Source: an uncultured bacterium
GTDB taxonomy: Bacteria; Zhuqueibacterota; QNDG01; DTFT01
DNA: 64,000 bases
Assembly (NCBI GenBank): GCA_963736115.1
Contig: CAVTNR010000002.1
Span: forward strand, 32,001-96,000
Direction of reading: 5' to 3'
This document shows, piece after piece, positions 9,856 to 19,163 of the stretch. Under the pieces are notes generated by a model, which saw only the letters and a list, made by a program, of their open reading frames with translations, was not told the DNA's origin and did not search any database. How positions within the stretch are numbered: the stretch's first letter is position 1; every line of letters begins with the position of its first letter. The translations under genes and the position numbers were made by a program.

Positions 9856-10799
9856 ATGCGCATCGACCGCCTGCTGGGCATCACCGTCCTGCTCCTGAAC
9901 CGCGACCGGATCACGGCCCGCGAACTCGCGGAACGGTTCGAGGTTTCGGTCCGGACCGTGTACCGGGACCTGGAAACCATCAATACCGCCGGCATTCCGG
10001 TGGTGTCATACACGGGGAACCAGGGCGGTTACGGCATACTGGACACGTTCCGCATCGACCGTCAGGTGCTGACCTTCGGGGACGTCGTCTCCCTGGTCTC
10101 GACGCTGAGGGCTGTCAACAGCGTACTGGAGAACCGGGAGCTCGACGCGGCCGTGGAGAAAATCGCCAACCTGCTCCCGCGCCGCGGGGAGGATGCGCTC
10201 AGTCGGGCCTCGGAACGCATCGTTATCGACATCCTGCCGATGGGATACACGAAGAAACAGAAAGACCGCCTGGCGGACGTTCACCGCGCGGTATCGGAAC
10301 AGCGCCTGATCCGATTCGCTTACTGCAACAACCGCGGGGAGAACACCGTGCGCACCGTCGAGCCGATGACCCTCATTTTCAAGGGAGGCGTCTGGTACCT
10401 GTTCGCCTTCTGCCGGCTGAAGTCCGCGTACCGCCTTTTCCGCCTGTCCCGCATGTCCGATTCCGAGGTACTGGACGAGACCTTCCAACGCAGGGAAGAA
10501 TCGTTCCGGGACATTTTCGCCTCCAACCCGGCCGGCCCCAACCTCGTGGAGCTCGAGCTTCGGTTTTCTCCCGAAGTCCGGTCGCGCGTGGAGGATTTCT
10601 TCGATCCCGACCAGATCCGGAGGGACGAAATCGGACACATGCGGGTTGATGTGGTCTTTCCCGAGGATGAATGGGTGTATGCGTTTCTGCTCGGATTCGG
10701 CGAGCATCTCGAGGTTTTGTACGCCGGACCGCATACGGAGCCTTCTCTGCGGAGAAGGCGGGAAAAATACAGGCTATTTATAATGGTGGAAACCGTTGA
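9856..10799 (+). CDS. YafY-family HTH-WYL-WCX transcriptional regulator (3' end frameshifted)
   Basis: ARELAERFEVSVRTVYRDL HTH_11; WYLFAFCRLKSAYRLFRLSR; LLGFGEHLEVL. The natural end (...KIQAIYNGGNR*) lies in another frame after indels near 10720-10770. Confidence 0.85.
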
Positions 10800-10832
10800 A
10801 ACGGTTTTCTGTCCGTCCTTCACCGTTTTTCA

Positions 10833-10857
10833 CCCACGACTGAAGTCGTGGGCTACC
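10833..10857 (-). repeat. GTAG-type REP GGTAGCCCACGAC-TTCA-GTCGTGGG
   Basis: Second copy at 48582-48606; each lies near an AAACCG-N4/5-CGGTTT palindrome. Confidence 0.75.
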
Positions 10858-10942
10858 GGAATACAGTCGTGGACTACTCGGATACGAAGTCGTGAGACTC
10901 CGGGACCTAAAACCGACCCCGGTGTCGATTTTTTCCCAACCC

Positions 10943-10974
10943 TGACATCCCCCTGTCACAGGCCCTTGTATATT
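10943..10974 (+). promoter_or_regulatory. Putative WYL-activator site TGACA-N6-TGTCA followed by -10 TATATT
   Basis: Palindrome 10943-10958, -10 at 10969-10974, upstream of 11029. Confidence 0.6.
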
Positions 10975-11028
10975 GGGATAGCTTCCGAACTGGAAGCGGA
11001 ACCCGAAACCCGACCAAGGAGGTCTGTG

Positions 11029-11253
11029 ATGAACGCCCGATTCTGCCAGTCCTGCGGCATGCCGCTCCCCGAAAACGACCAGGCGGATTATTGCCGGTAC
11101 TGCACCGACGAAAACGGAAAACTCAAGCCAAGGGAGGCCGTTCGTGAAGGCATCGCCGCCTGGCTGGAGCAGTTCACGCCGGACAGGAAAGCGGATTTCA
11201 GGAAGCGCGCGGATTCATATCTCAACGCCATGCCGGCCTGGGCGGAGAAGTGA
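11029..11253 (+). CDS. Small zinc-ribbon protein (zinc_ribbon_2-like)
   Basis: Own RBS AAGGAGG; FCQSCGMPL...YCRYC; ends MPAWAEK. Confidence 0.85.
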   Translation: MNARFCQSCGMPLPENDQADYCRYCTDENGKLKPREAVREGIAAWLEQFTPDRKADFRKRADSYLNAMPAWAEK

Positions 11254-11254
11254 C

Positions 11255-11626
11255 ATGAAAACGACCCGTCGAATCTGGCTGTACGGCGCCCTCATCTGGA
11301 TCATCGGCATGGCCGTGGCGACGGCCCTGTGGCCGCTCCATGCCTCCCGCCTGCCGTTGTTCAAGAGCCTCCTGGTGGTGACCATGACGGCCGTGGGCAT
11401 GTTCTTCACTGTGCGGGTGTTCGATTCCGTCCGCTCGGATTACGTGAAAGCGGGAATCCGGACCGGCCTGGTCTGGATGGTCCTCAATTGGATACTGGAC
11501 CTCGTCGTCCTGGTCGGATTGATGAAGACGCCGGCCGGGATGTACGTCATGGACGTGGGCCTTCGATATCTCGCCATCCCGATCATGACGATCGGATGCG
11601 GAATTCTGCTGGAGAGGAAACGATAG
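11255..11626 (+). CDS. Hypothetical 4-TM membrane protein
   Basis: Four hydrophobic segments; starts 1 bp after the upstream stop. Confidence 0.75.
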   Translation: MKTTRRIWLYGALIWIIGMAVATALWPLHASRLPLFKSLLVVTMTAVGMFFTVRVFDSVRSDYVKAGIRTGLVWMVLNWILDLVVLVGLMKTPAGMYVMDVGLRYLAIPIMTIGCGILLERKR

Positions 11627-11687
11627 GGCAGGTGCGACGAATAGAACGCTCCGGGCCTGAAATGCGGGGCTATCAAAAGGAGAAGTC

Positions 11688-12536
11688 ATGAAAAAACATT
11701 CTGGAACAGCCGCAATTCTGGCCGGCTGCATCCTCTTGTCTGTCCTGTTTCCGCCTGGGGAGACCGCCGGCTGCGAACTCGCGCCCGGTTCCGTCATCGA
11801 CATCCCGTTCGAAGGTAAAGATCTGCCCCGCACTCTGTACAAGATGTTCACCGGCGGGGAAGAACCGACCGGCCTGCGGGTCCGCCTGCCGGACGACTTT
11901 TCACTCGACCGCCGTTTCCCTGTGCTCGTCTACGTGCCTGGATATCACGGCGGACCGAAGGGCAACCTCGACAACGCGGTGGCCATTGCAGGCACCCAGG
12001 GCTGGATCGCGGCCAGCCTTCCGTTGTTTAAAAAGGACCTGGACAAGGGCGAACCGGCCGACGGGGTGATTGTCAGTTTCGAAGATTATGCGGTTCTGTC
12101 GAGAGCCTACGGCATTCTGCTGGGCCGTCTGTTCGAGATGATCCCCAACACGGACCGCGACAACAGCGCCATGGTCGGATTCTCGAACGGTTCGCTCACG
12201 ATCGCCGTTCTGGTTTCCTGCCACGACGAATTCATCCTCTCCAGATTCAGAAATTTCTGCCTGGTGGACCATGGGATGGCCCATCTGACCGATCTGCATA
12301 AAAAAGGCGCGAGAGAGTCGAGGTTCCTCATCGCCGTGGGCGACCGCGAGGATTACGGAAGAAGTCTGAAAATCAGGGGCGCCGAGCTCCGGCGGGACGA
12401 GTGGAAACTGCTGGGCGTGAATGTCGACTTCAGGATACTGGAGGATACCGGGCATGAATTCGAGGCGAGACACATGGAACTGGTCGGCCGGTGGCTGAGG
12501 CGGGAACCGCTCGGGGAACTCCATCCGCGGGAGTGA
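11688..12536 (+). CDS. Secreted alpha/beta hydrolase
   Basis: RBS AAGGAG; signal peptide; PVLVYVPG, GFSNG nucleophile elbow, GH near C-terminus. Confidence 0.7.
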   Translation: MKKHSGTAAILAGCILLSVLFPPGETAGCELAPGSVIDIPFEGKDLPRTLYKMFTGGEEPTGLRVRLPDDFSLDRRFPVLVYVPGYHGGPKGNLDNAVAIAGTQGWIAASLPLFKKDLDKGEPADGVIVSFEDYAVLSRAYGILLGRLFEMIPNTDRDNSAMVGFSNGSLTIAVLVSCHDEFILSRFRNFCLVDHGMAHLTDLHKKGARESRFLIAVGDREDYGRSLKIRGAELRRDEWKLLGVNVDFRILEDTGHEFEARHMELVGRWLRREPLGELHPRE

Positions 12537-12623
12537 AATGACAATCTCCCGCGGGGTACAATTCTGCGGGAGATTGATTCTTTCTTCGACCCGAAACTCG
12601 GAACTCGGAACCCGGAACTGTAA

Positions 12624-12866
12624 TTAGTCCGAAAACAGCACTTCCAGAATCGTTCCCAGATTATCCTTCCCTTCCAGTATGCGCAGGTTGAAGATCTCCG
12701 TGTACCCGCAATGATCGCAGGACACGAAAGCGTACCGGTAGGGCTGAACCTCGAACAGTCGGGATAAGCCAGTGCCGGACATGGCCAGTTTCTGAACTTT
12801 TCCCCCCTGCTTTTTGCATTTCGAACAGATAAACCGTTCGCTCAATTGCCTCTCGACCTCGGTCAT
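12624..12866 (-). CDS. Zn-ribbon nucleic-acid-binding protein (DUF2082-like)
   Basis: CSKC...CDHCGYTEIF; RBS AGGAGG before MTEVERQ. Confidence 0.8.
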   Translation of the reverse strand: MTEVERQLSERFICSKCKKQGGKVQKLAMSGTGLSRLFEVQPYRYAFVSCDHCGYTEIFNLRILEGKDNLGTILEVLFSD

Positions 12867-13101
12867 TTCCTCCTCCTTTTTCACACATATACGGACCGGA
12901 ATCCGTCATGTTTCGAATCCGATTCGGACTTGCATTAAAACACTGACAAAGGCCGGTCTGACTGTATCGAAACCGGCAACGGGTCCTCCCCTCAAACAGG
13001 GACGACCCCCGGAAGTTGCATTTTGTCCTTTATTTTCGTAAGTTTAGGATGGGAGGAACTGCGGCTCCATGCCTACAACCACAAGCCGAAAGACGCAGGC
13101 C

Positions 13102-16100
13102 ATGAAAGCGCGAAAGAAATCCGTTCTTTTCCTCCTCTTCGGCCCCCTCTGCATGACCTTTGCGAGCCTTGCCGCTCAGACCGAAACCGTCCGATTCGAA
13201 AAACTCTCCATTGAACAAGGCCTTTCCCAGAGTTCCGTCACGTCGATCTGTCAGGACCGGAAGGGTTTCCTGTGGTTCGGCACGTACGAAGGCGTCAACC
13301 GGTACGACGGATACGAATTCAGGATTTACCGGCACAACCCGGACGACCCGAACAGCCTCATCCAGAACGTCATCAAGGACTTGAAGGAAGACCGGTCCGG
13401 CACGCTCTGGATAGCGACCGACGGAGGCCTGGACCGGTACGACCGGCAGGCCGATCGTTTCATCCACTATGTTCATGATCCCGGCGATTCCGCCAGCCTC
13501 AGCCACAACCGGGTCCGGAACGTTTTCGAGGACGGCCAGGGCACGCTCTGGGTGGCAACGGACAACGGCCTGAACCGGTATGACCCGGAGTCGGACCGTT
13601 TCGTCCGCTACAGCAACGATCCGGCCGATTCGAACAGCCTCTGCGACAACAAGGTCCGCGAAATCTACGAGGACCGGCAGGGAAACCTCTGGATCGGAAC
13701 GGACGCAGGCCTCGACTGTCTCGACCGGAAAACAGGCCGCTTCCGTCATTACCGGAACGTGCCGGGGGATCCAAACAGCATCAGCGGGAATCACGTGATC
13801 TCCTTCGGGGAGGACAGGAACGGGGGTTTCTGGATCGGCACCTGGGACAAGGGGCTGAACCGTCTCGACCGACGGACCGGAAAATTCAAGCGGTACATGG
13901 CCGATCCGCGGAATCCGAAGAGCCTGCAGTACAATACGGTTCGCGCCATTTACGAGGACCGAAGCGGCACGCTGTGGATCGGCACTTACGGCGGGGGCCT
14001 CGAGCGGTATGACCGGGAAACCGACGGATTCACGCATTTCAGATCAAATCCTGACGATCCGATCAGTCTCAGCAGCGATGCGGTCTGGTGCATTGCGGAG
14101 GATGCGTCCGGGATTCTCTGGATCGGGACCGATTTCGGGGGCATCTCCAAGTACGACCGCAGAAAAAACCAGTTCGAATACCACCGGAGCGGATCCGGCA
14201 CGGCCGGCGGCCGGTACCGGAACGCGGTGAACGCGCTGTACGCCGATCCGGACGACCGTGGCCGCATTCTCTGGATCGGCACCTGGGGAGGCGGGCTTTG
14301 CCGCCTGGACCGCCGGTCCGGAGAGCAGGTCTGCTACAAAAACGACCCCTATGATCCCGAAAGCATCAGCAATGACGTGATCCGCTGTATCGACAAGGAC
14401 CGTGACGGCCATCTTTGGATCGGGACGGACGTCGGTCTGAACCGTCTGGATCGCAGAACCGGCCGGTTCGAGCGCTTCTACTGCGATCCGGGCAATCCCA
14501 ACACCCTTGATTACGACAACATATTCAGCCTCTGCGAGGACAGCCGGGGCAACCTGTGGGTCGGATCGTATTACGGAGGACTGAACCGCTTCGACCGCAA
14601 GTCCCGGCGCTTCATCCGGTACCGAACGGGTTCTGCGGATTCCGGCGCGTTCAACGATAATATCGTCTGGAGCATCAAAGAAGACAGGGCCGGCCGAATC
14701 TGGATCGGAACCGATGCCGGGGGCTTGAACCGGTTCGACCCCGCGACCGGGCGGTTTGCCCATTACAAGAGAATTCCGGGCAATCCCAACAGCATCAGCG
14801 ACAACAAAGTCCTCAGCATCCACGAGGATGCCGCCGGGATTCTCTGGCTGGGCACGCCGGGCGGTCTGAACCGTCTCGACCCCGCGGACGGACAGTGGCG
14901 CCGGTACGGCCGGCAGGACGGCCTGGTTTCGGACGCGGTGCAGTCCATCGCCGGGGACCCGGAAGGCTATCTCTGGATCGGCACCACCAAGGGACTGTCG
15001 CGCTTCGATCCGAGGAAGAACACATTCGTCAATTTCAACGCGAACGACGGACTCCAGGGTGACGAGTTCAGCGTCAATTCCTGCGCGTCGGCCGCCACGG
15101 GAGAGATGTTCTTCGGCGGCATCAATGGATTCAATGTGTTTTTCCCGGGTCGGGTGAAGCTCAACGGATTCATCCCGCCGGTCGTACTGACCGACTTCCA
15201 GCTTTTCAACCGGTCCGTTCCCGTCGGGGAGCCGGTCGGCGGCCGGGTGATCCTGAAGCAGTCCATCATGGAGACCCCGGAGATCTCTCTGTCGCACCGG
15301 CAGAATGATTTTTCGATCTACTACGCCGCCCTGTCCTTTTCCGCGCCGGACCGGAACGCATACCGGGTCCGGCTGGCGGGCATTGAGGATGAGTGGAACC
15401 CGGCCGGCCCCAGGCGCTTTGCGACATACACGCGTCTGCCTCCGGGCAATTACGTCTTTGAGGTGAAGGGCTCCAACAACGACGGCGTCTGGAACGAGAA
15501 AGCGATCTCCCTGAAAATCCGGATCCGGCCGCCATTTTGGAAAACCGCCTGGTTCATCCTCCTGATGTCGATGACCGGCCTCGGCTTGATGGCCGCGGGT
15601 TACATCAACCGCACCGGAAAAATCAAGGCGCGGAACCGGGAACTCGAATCCCGTGTCCGGGAAAGAACCCGACAGCTCGAGGAGGCCAACCGGGAACTCG
15701 AGGCATTCACCTATTCGGTTTCGCACGACCTGCGGTCGCCCCTGCGCGCCATGGACGGGTTCAGCCAGGCCGTTCTCGACGAATACGGACCCAAACTCGA
15801 TGAACGGGGTGTGGATTACCTCCGGCGCATCCGGAGGGGAAGCCAGCAGCTGGGTCGGCTGATCGACGACCTGCTGAAGCTGTCCCGGCTGGCGCGCAGC
15901 GAAATGAATTTCAAGGAAATCGATATCGGCCGGCTGGCGGAGACGATCGCGACGGATCTGCGTCAGTCGGACCCGTCCCGGAAAGCCGAGTTCGTCATTG
16001 CCCGGGACGCAATCGTGCACGTGGACCCGGATCTGCTGAAAGTGATGCTTGCCAACCTGCTCGGCAACGCATGGAAGTTCACGTCGAAACGTCCAGACAC

Positions 16101-16395
16101 CCGCATCGAGTTCGGCTTCGATGACGGGGAAGGCGGCCGCGTGTTCTTCGTCCGGGACAACGGCATCGGCTTGGACATGAAATACGCGGACAAACTGTTC
16201 AAGCCGTTCCAGCGCCTGCAGTCGGAGTTCGAAGGAACGGGTATCGGGCTGTCCACGGTCGCCCGGATCATCCGCCGGCACAACGGCCGCATCTGGGTCG
16301 AGGGAAAACCCGATGTGGGCGCCGTCTTCTTTTTCACGCTGGACAATCCCGCGCACGCGGAAGACGGAAATCCGGTCCGGCCGCAATCGGATTGA
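13102..16395 (+). CDS. Sensor histidine kinase with periplasmic beta-propeller (Reg_prop) repeats and Y_Y_Y domain
   Basis: About 14 ED-x-x-G-x-LWIGT repeats; LPPGNYVFEVKG; TM helix; SVSHDLRSPL H-box; NAWKF, DNGIG, GTGIGL boxes. Confidence 0.93.
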   Translation: MKARKKSVLFLLFGPLCMTFASLAAQTETVRFEKLSIEQGLSQSSVTSICQDRKGFLWFGTYEGVNRYDGYEFRIYRHNPDDPNSLIQNVIKDLKEDRSGTLWIATDGGLDRYDRQADRFIHYVHDPGDSASLSHNRVRNVFEDGQGTLWVATDNGLNRYDPESDRFVRYSNDPADSNSLCDNKVREIYEDRQGNLWIGTDAGLDCLDRKTGRFRHYRNVPGDPNSISGNHVISFGEDRNGGFWIGTWDKGLNRLDRRTGKFKRYMADPRNPKSLQYNTVRAIYEDRSGTLWIGTYGGGLERYDRETDGFTHFRSNPDDPISLSSDAVWCIAEDASGILWIGTDFGGISKYDRRKNQFEYHRSGSGTAGGRYRNAVNALYADPDDRGRILWIGTWGGGLCRLDRRSGEQVCYKNDPYDPESISNDVIRCIDKDRDGHLWIGTDVGLNRLDRRTGRFERFYCDPGNPNTLDYDNIFSLCEDSRGNLWVGSYYGGLNRFDRKSRRFIRYRTGSADSGAFNDNIVWSIKEDRAGRIWIGTDAGGLNRFDPATGRFAHYKRIPGNPNSISDNKVLSIHEDAAGILWLGTPGGLNRLDPADGQWRRYGRQDGLVSDAVQSIAGDPEGYLWIGTTKGLSRFDPRKNTFVNFNANDGLQGDEFSVNSCASAATGEMFFGGINGFNVFFPGRVKLNGFIPPVVLTDFQLFNRSVPVGEPVGGRVILKQSIMETPEISLSHRQNDFSIYYAALSFSAPDRNAYRVRLAGIEDEWNPAGPRRFATYTRLPPGNYVFEVKGSNNDGVWNEKAISLKIRIRPPFWKTAWFILLMSMTGLGLMAAGYINRTGKIKARNRELESRVRERTRQLEEANRELEAFTYSVSHDLRSPLRAMDGFSQAVLDEYGPKLDERGVDYLRRIRRGSQQLGRLIDDLLKLSRLARSEMNFKEIDIGRLAETIATDLRQSDPSRKAEFVIARDAIVHVDPDLLKVMLANLLGNAWKFTSKRPDTRIEFGFDDGEGGRVFFVRDNGIGLDMKYADKLFKPFQRLQSEFEGTGIGLSTVARIIRRHNGRIWVEGKPDVGAVFFFTLDNPAHAEDGNPVRPQSD

Positions 16396-16472
16396 AGCTC
16401 CCCGCCGTCCCGCTGCGCGGGATCAAGCTATTATATTAATAAACGATTGTAGACAAGCGGCGGGTCTTCAAT
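16391..16472. mobile_element. Palindrome ATTGAAG-CCCCGCCG/CAAGCGGCGGG-CTTCAAT interrupted by a 46-bp micro-element
   Basis: Inverted near-copy at 52012-52092; uninterrupted host-like copies at 36757-36788 and 16557-16578. Confidence 0.7.
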
Positions 16473-16734
16473 AGTGAACAAGTCAAATAACTTGGTGCCG
16501 CTTTGCGGCGAATCTTCTATCTGTAGTGAAGAAAATATATTATATTCGCTCGCTTACCCCGCCGCAAACGGCGGGGAATGCGCGAGCGATCAGATTCCGG
16601 CGTCGCGCGGTGACAACGACGAATTCTGGTTGCCGGCGCCGTCCGCTGTGGGAATGACCGGTCGTACGCCTCTTTAATGGTTCACCTCCCCAACCCTGAA
16701 CGCCCGCCGGATTCCGGCGGATCAAGGAGCCTGC

Positions 16735-18993
16735 ATGCATAAAGAAAGCGCGCTCATCCGGATCCTTCTGCCGATCCTCATTCTTTCCGCGGTTCCAGCC
16801 GGACTTACATCCGAGGCGTTCAAGCGCGAACTCACCCTTGAGCGGGAAACGGGTCGGCGGATCCGGCGCATCCCCGCGTCCTTCCTGCTCCTGGAGCGCG
16901 AACGCGCCCTCATCGAGGGACTACGCCTTCATCCGGAATGGAGAATCAGCGCTCCGCTTCGCAAGACCGCCTGGTCCTTCTCCGTGGGGTCCACGAGGGG
17001 GTGGTACGCCTATGATTTCGTGACCGAAAAGGATTACGTCGTGCCCTCGACCTGCCGCGCCGTGGGCGATAACTGTTATGTCTTCGTGGAGAACGCCATC
17101 TGGGGAACCCGGGTCACCCAGGCATCCGTGGATTCGATCCGGAACGTCTTCGATCTGCGGACTCCGGCCGATCCGAACCGGGGCGTCTACCGGATGGACA
17201 TCGACATCTTCGGATCCGTTCCGAACGTGGACGGCGATTCCCGCGTCATCATCCTGATTCTGGACATCCGGGATGATTTCACAACGACGGGCGGATACGT
17301 CGGGGGGTATTTCGACTCCACCAACGAATACGACATCTCGACCAGCAACCGCGCGGAAATGATCTACCTGGACGCCGACCCCGTGAACCTGTCCTCCGAA
17401 GACGACATCCGGGAATCCATGAGCATCACGGCGCACGAATTCCAGCACATGATACACTGGCATCAGGATGACAGCGAAATCACGTTCGTCAAGGAGGCCT
17501 GTTCTCTCGAGGCCGAGGTTCTCTGCGGTTACCCCATCTACGACCAGGATCATTACATCAACGAAACAAACACCACGCTCCTGGGCTGGCGGTACGGAGA
17601 GGACGGCGTGCATGGAGATTATTCGCGCGCCGCGCGCTTCATGGCGTATATCGGCGAGCAGGCGGGGACAGGCGTTTTCCGTCCCATGGTCACCAGCGCC
17701 AAGACCGGCATCGCCGGGATCAACGCCGGCCTGACCGCGATCTCGCTCGGCCGGGATTTCAACACGCTTTTCCGGGACTGGCTCGTGGCCAATATTCTGA
17801 ACGATCGGTCCTTCGATCCCCGGTACGGATACGCGGATCCGGGGCTCATGAAACCCGTTCCGATCGTATATCCGTTCTCAGCCGTGACGGATGCGCAGAC
17901 CGTCGAGCCCCTCGCGGCTGTTTACCTCCGTTTCCCGATAGGTTCCGGATTCCGCATCCGTTTCGAAACCGACAACCCGAATCTGCTGATCAAGGCGGTC
18001 GAAACCGGAGAGGCAGGGCCCCGCGTGATCGACATCACGCCCGGGGTCGAGTACGGAGAGCCCGCGCTCGACCCCGCGGCCGGCGAAAGGACGTTCATCT
18101 GCATGAACACCCATCTGACCCAGCAGTGCGTCGTATCCTACACCACCAACGGATCCGCGTCCGGAGCCGCGGAACTGAAATGGGACATGACCGAGCCTTC
18201 GGGCTATCTGACGCTTTCCATCCGCGATACGGTCTGCGTGACCTTCGACGCGATTCCCGGCGCGAAACTGGATTCCGTGCGCGTGGCACTGAGACGCGCG
18301 GGTACGATCACGGGAGGCGTCTGGCGCCACACCGGCGTGACCCGTCCCACCCCGCTCGGCGAACCCCTGGCTTTCCCCGTAACCGCGTCCATCGCCACCG
18401 AGACTCCCGTGCCCTACCCGGTTCCCTATGAAAACTGGGCGACCATTGACCTGACGGCGCACAACATCGACGCGGGGTCGCCTTTCGCCGTGGCCTTCAT
18501 CTACCAGGGCGCCGGAACCGTGGGCCAGCGGGTCATGATCACAGAGCAGAAGAGAACGGGATCGGACCACAGCCTGACCTGGATGAACGACCCCGGAGGG
18601 ACCAGTTCTCCGAACTGGTATTCCGTGGGGCCGCATCAGGACTCGGTTTTCGTCTACCTGGTCCGTGCCTATGTGAGCATGACCTCCGGCACGGACGGCC
18701 CTGCCGAACCGCCGGCCGCGTTCGCTTTGTCTCCGAACTATCCCAATCCTTTCAATCCGTCGACCCGCTTCTCTTTCAGGTTGGCTGTTCCATCCCGTGT
18801 TTCAGCGGACGTCTGGAATCTGACGGGACAACGCGTGGCCTCTCTCGCGGACAGGACCTTTCCGGCCGGGGAGCACGCGCTTGAATGGGACGGCAGGACA
18901 AACCAGGGCGTACCCGCGCCGTCCGGTGTGTATCTGATCCGTCTGCAGGCGGGAGGCAACGCGACGGTCCGGAAAATGGTACTGGAGCGGTAG
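16735..18993 (+). CDS. Secreted zinc metalloprotease (M30/M6-like) with FlgD/T9SS-type C-terminal domain
   Basis: GGYF, AHEFQHMIH zincin motif; NYPNPFNPST...WDG...PSGVY. Confidence 0.85.
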   Translation: MHKESALIRILLPILILSAVPAGLTSEAFKRELTLERETGRRIRRIPASFLLLERERALIEGLRLHPEWRISAPLRKTAWSFSVGSTRGWYAYDFVTEKDYVVPSTCRAVGDNCYVFVENAIWGTRVTQASVDSIRNVFDLRTPADPNRGVYRMDIDIFGSVPNVDGDSRVIILILDIRDDFTTTGGYVGGYFDSTNEYDISTSNRAEMIYLDADPVNLSSEDDIRESMSITAHEFQHMIHWHQDDSEITFVKEACSLEAEVLCGYPIYDQDHYINETNTTLLGWRYGEDGVHGDYSRAARFMAYIGEQAGTGVFRPMVTSAKTGIAGINAGLTAISLGRDFNTLFRDWLVANILNDRSFDPRYGYADPGLMKPVPIVYPFSAVTDAQTVEPLAAVYLRFPIGSGFRIRFETDNPNLLIKAVETGEAGPRVIDITPGVEYGEPALDPAAGERTFICMNTHLTQQCVVSYTTNGSASGAAELKWDMTEPSGYLTLSIRDTVCVTFDAIPGAKLDSVRVALRRAGTITGGVWRHTGVTRPTPLGEPLAFPVTASIATETPVPYPVPYENWATIDLTAHNIDAGSPFAVAFIYQGAGTVGQRVMITEQKRTGSDHSLTWMNDPGGTSSPNWYSVGPHQDSVFVYLVRAYVSMTSGTDGPAEPPAAFALSPNYPNPFNPSTRFSFRLAVPSRVSADVWNLTGQRVASLADRTFPAGEHALEWDGRTNQGVPAPSGVYLIRLQAGGNATVRKMVLER

Positions 18994-19163
18994 AACGAAT
19001 GTCATGCCGGCAAGCTTCGGTCGTGGATTTCACTTGACTGGACGGTTTTTTCGGGTAACTTGATCAAGGCGATTGAAACGGCGTGATCGAATCGCGCGCT
19101 GACAAGGCAAGCCATGGCGGGGGGAATCCGCCCATCTCACGAACGAACCTGGAGAAAATCCGC

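Noticed and set aside
9856-11253. Apparent WYL-zinc-ribbon fusion of 465 aa
   Set aside because: Read-through caused by frameshifts. The linker is REP and promoter DNA, and the zinc-ribbon gene has its own RBS.
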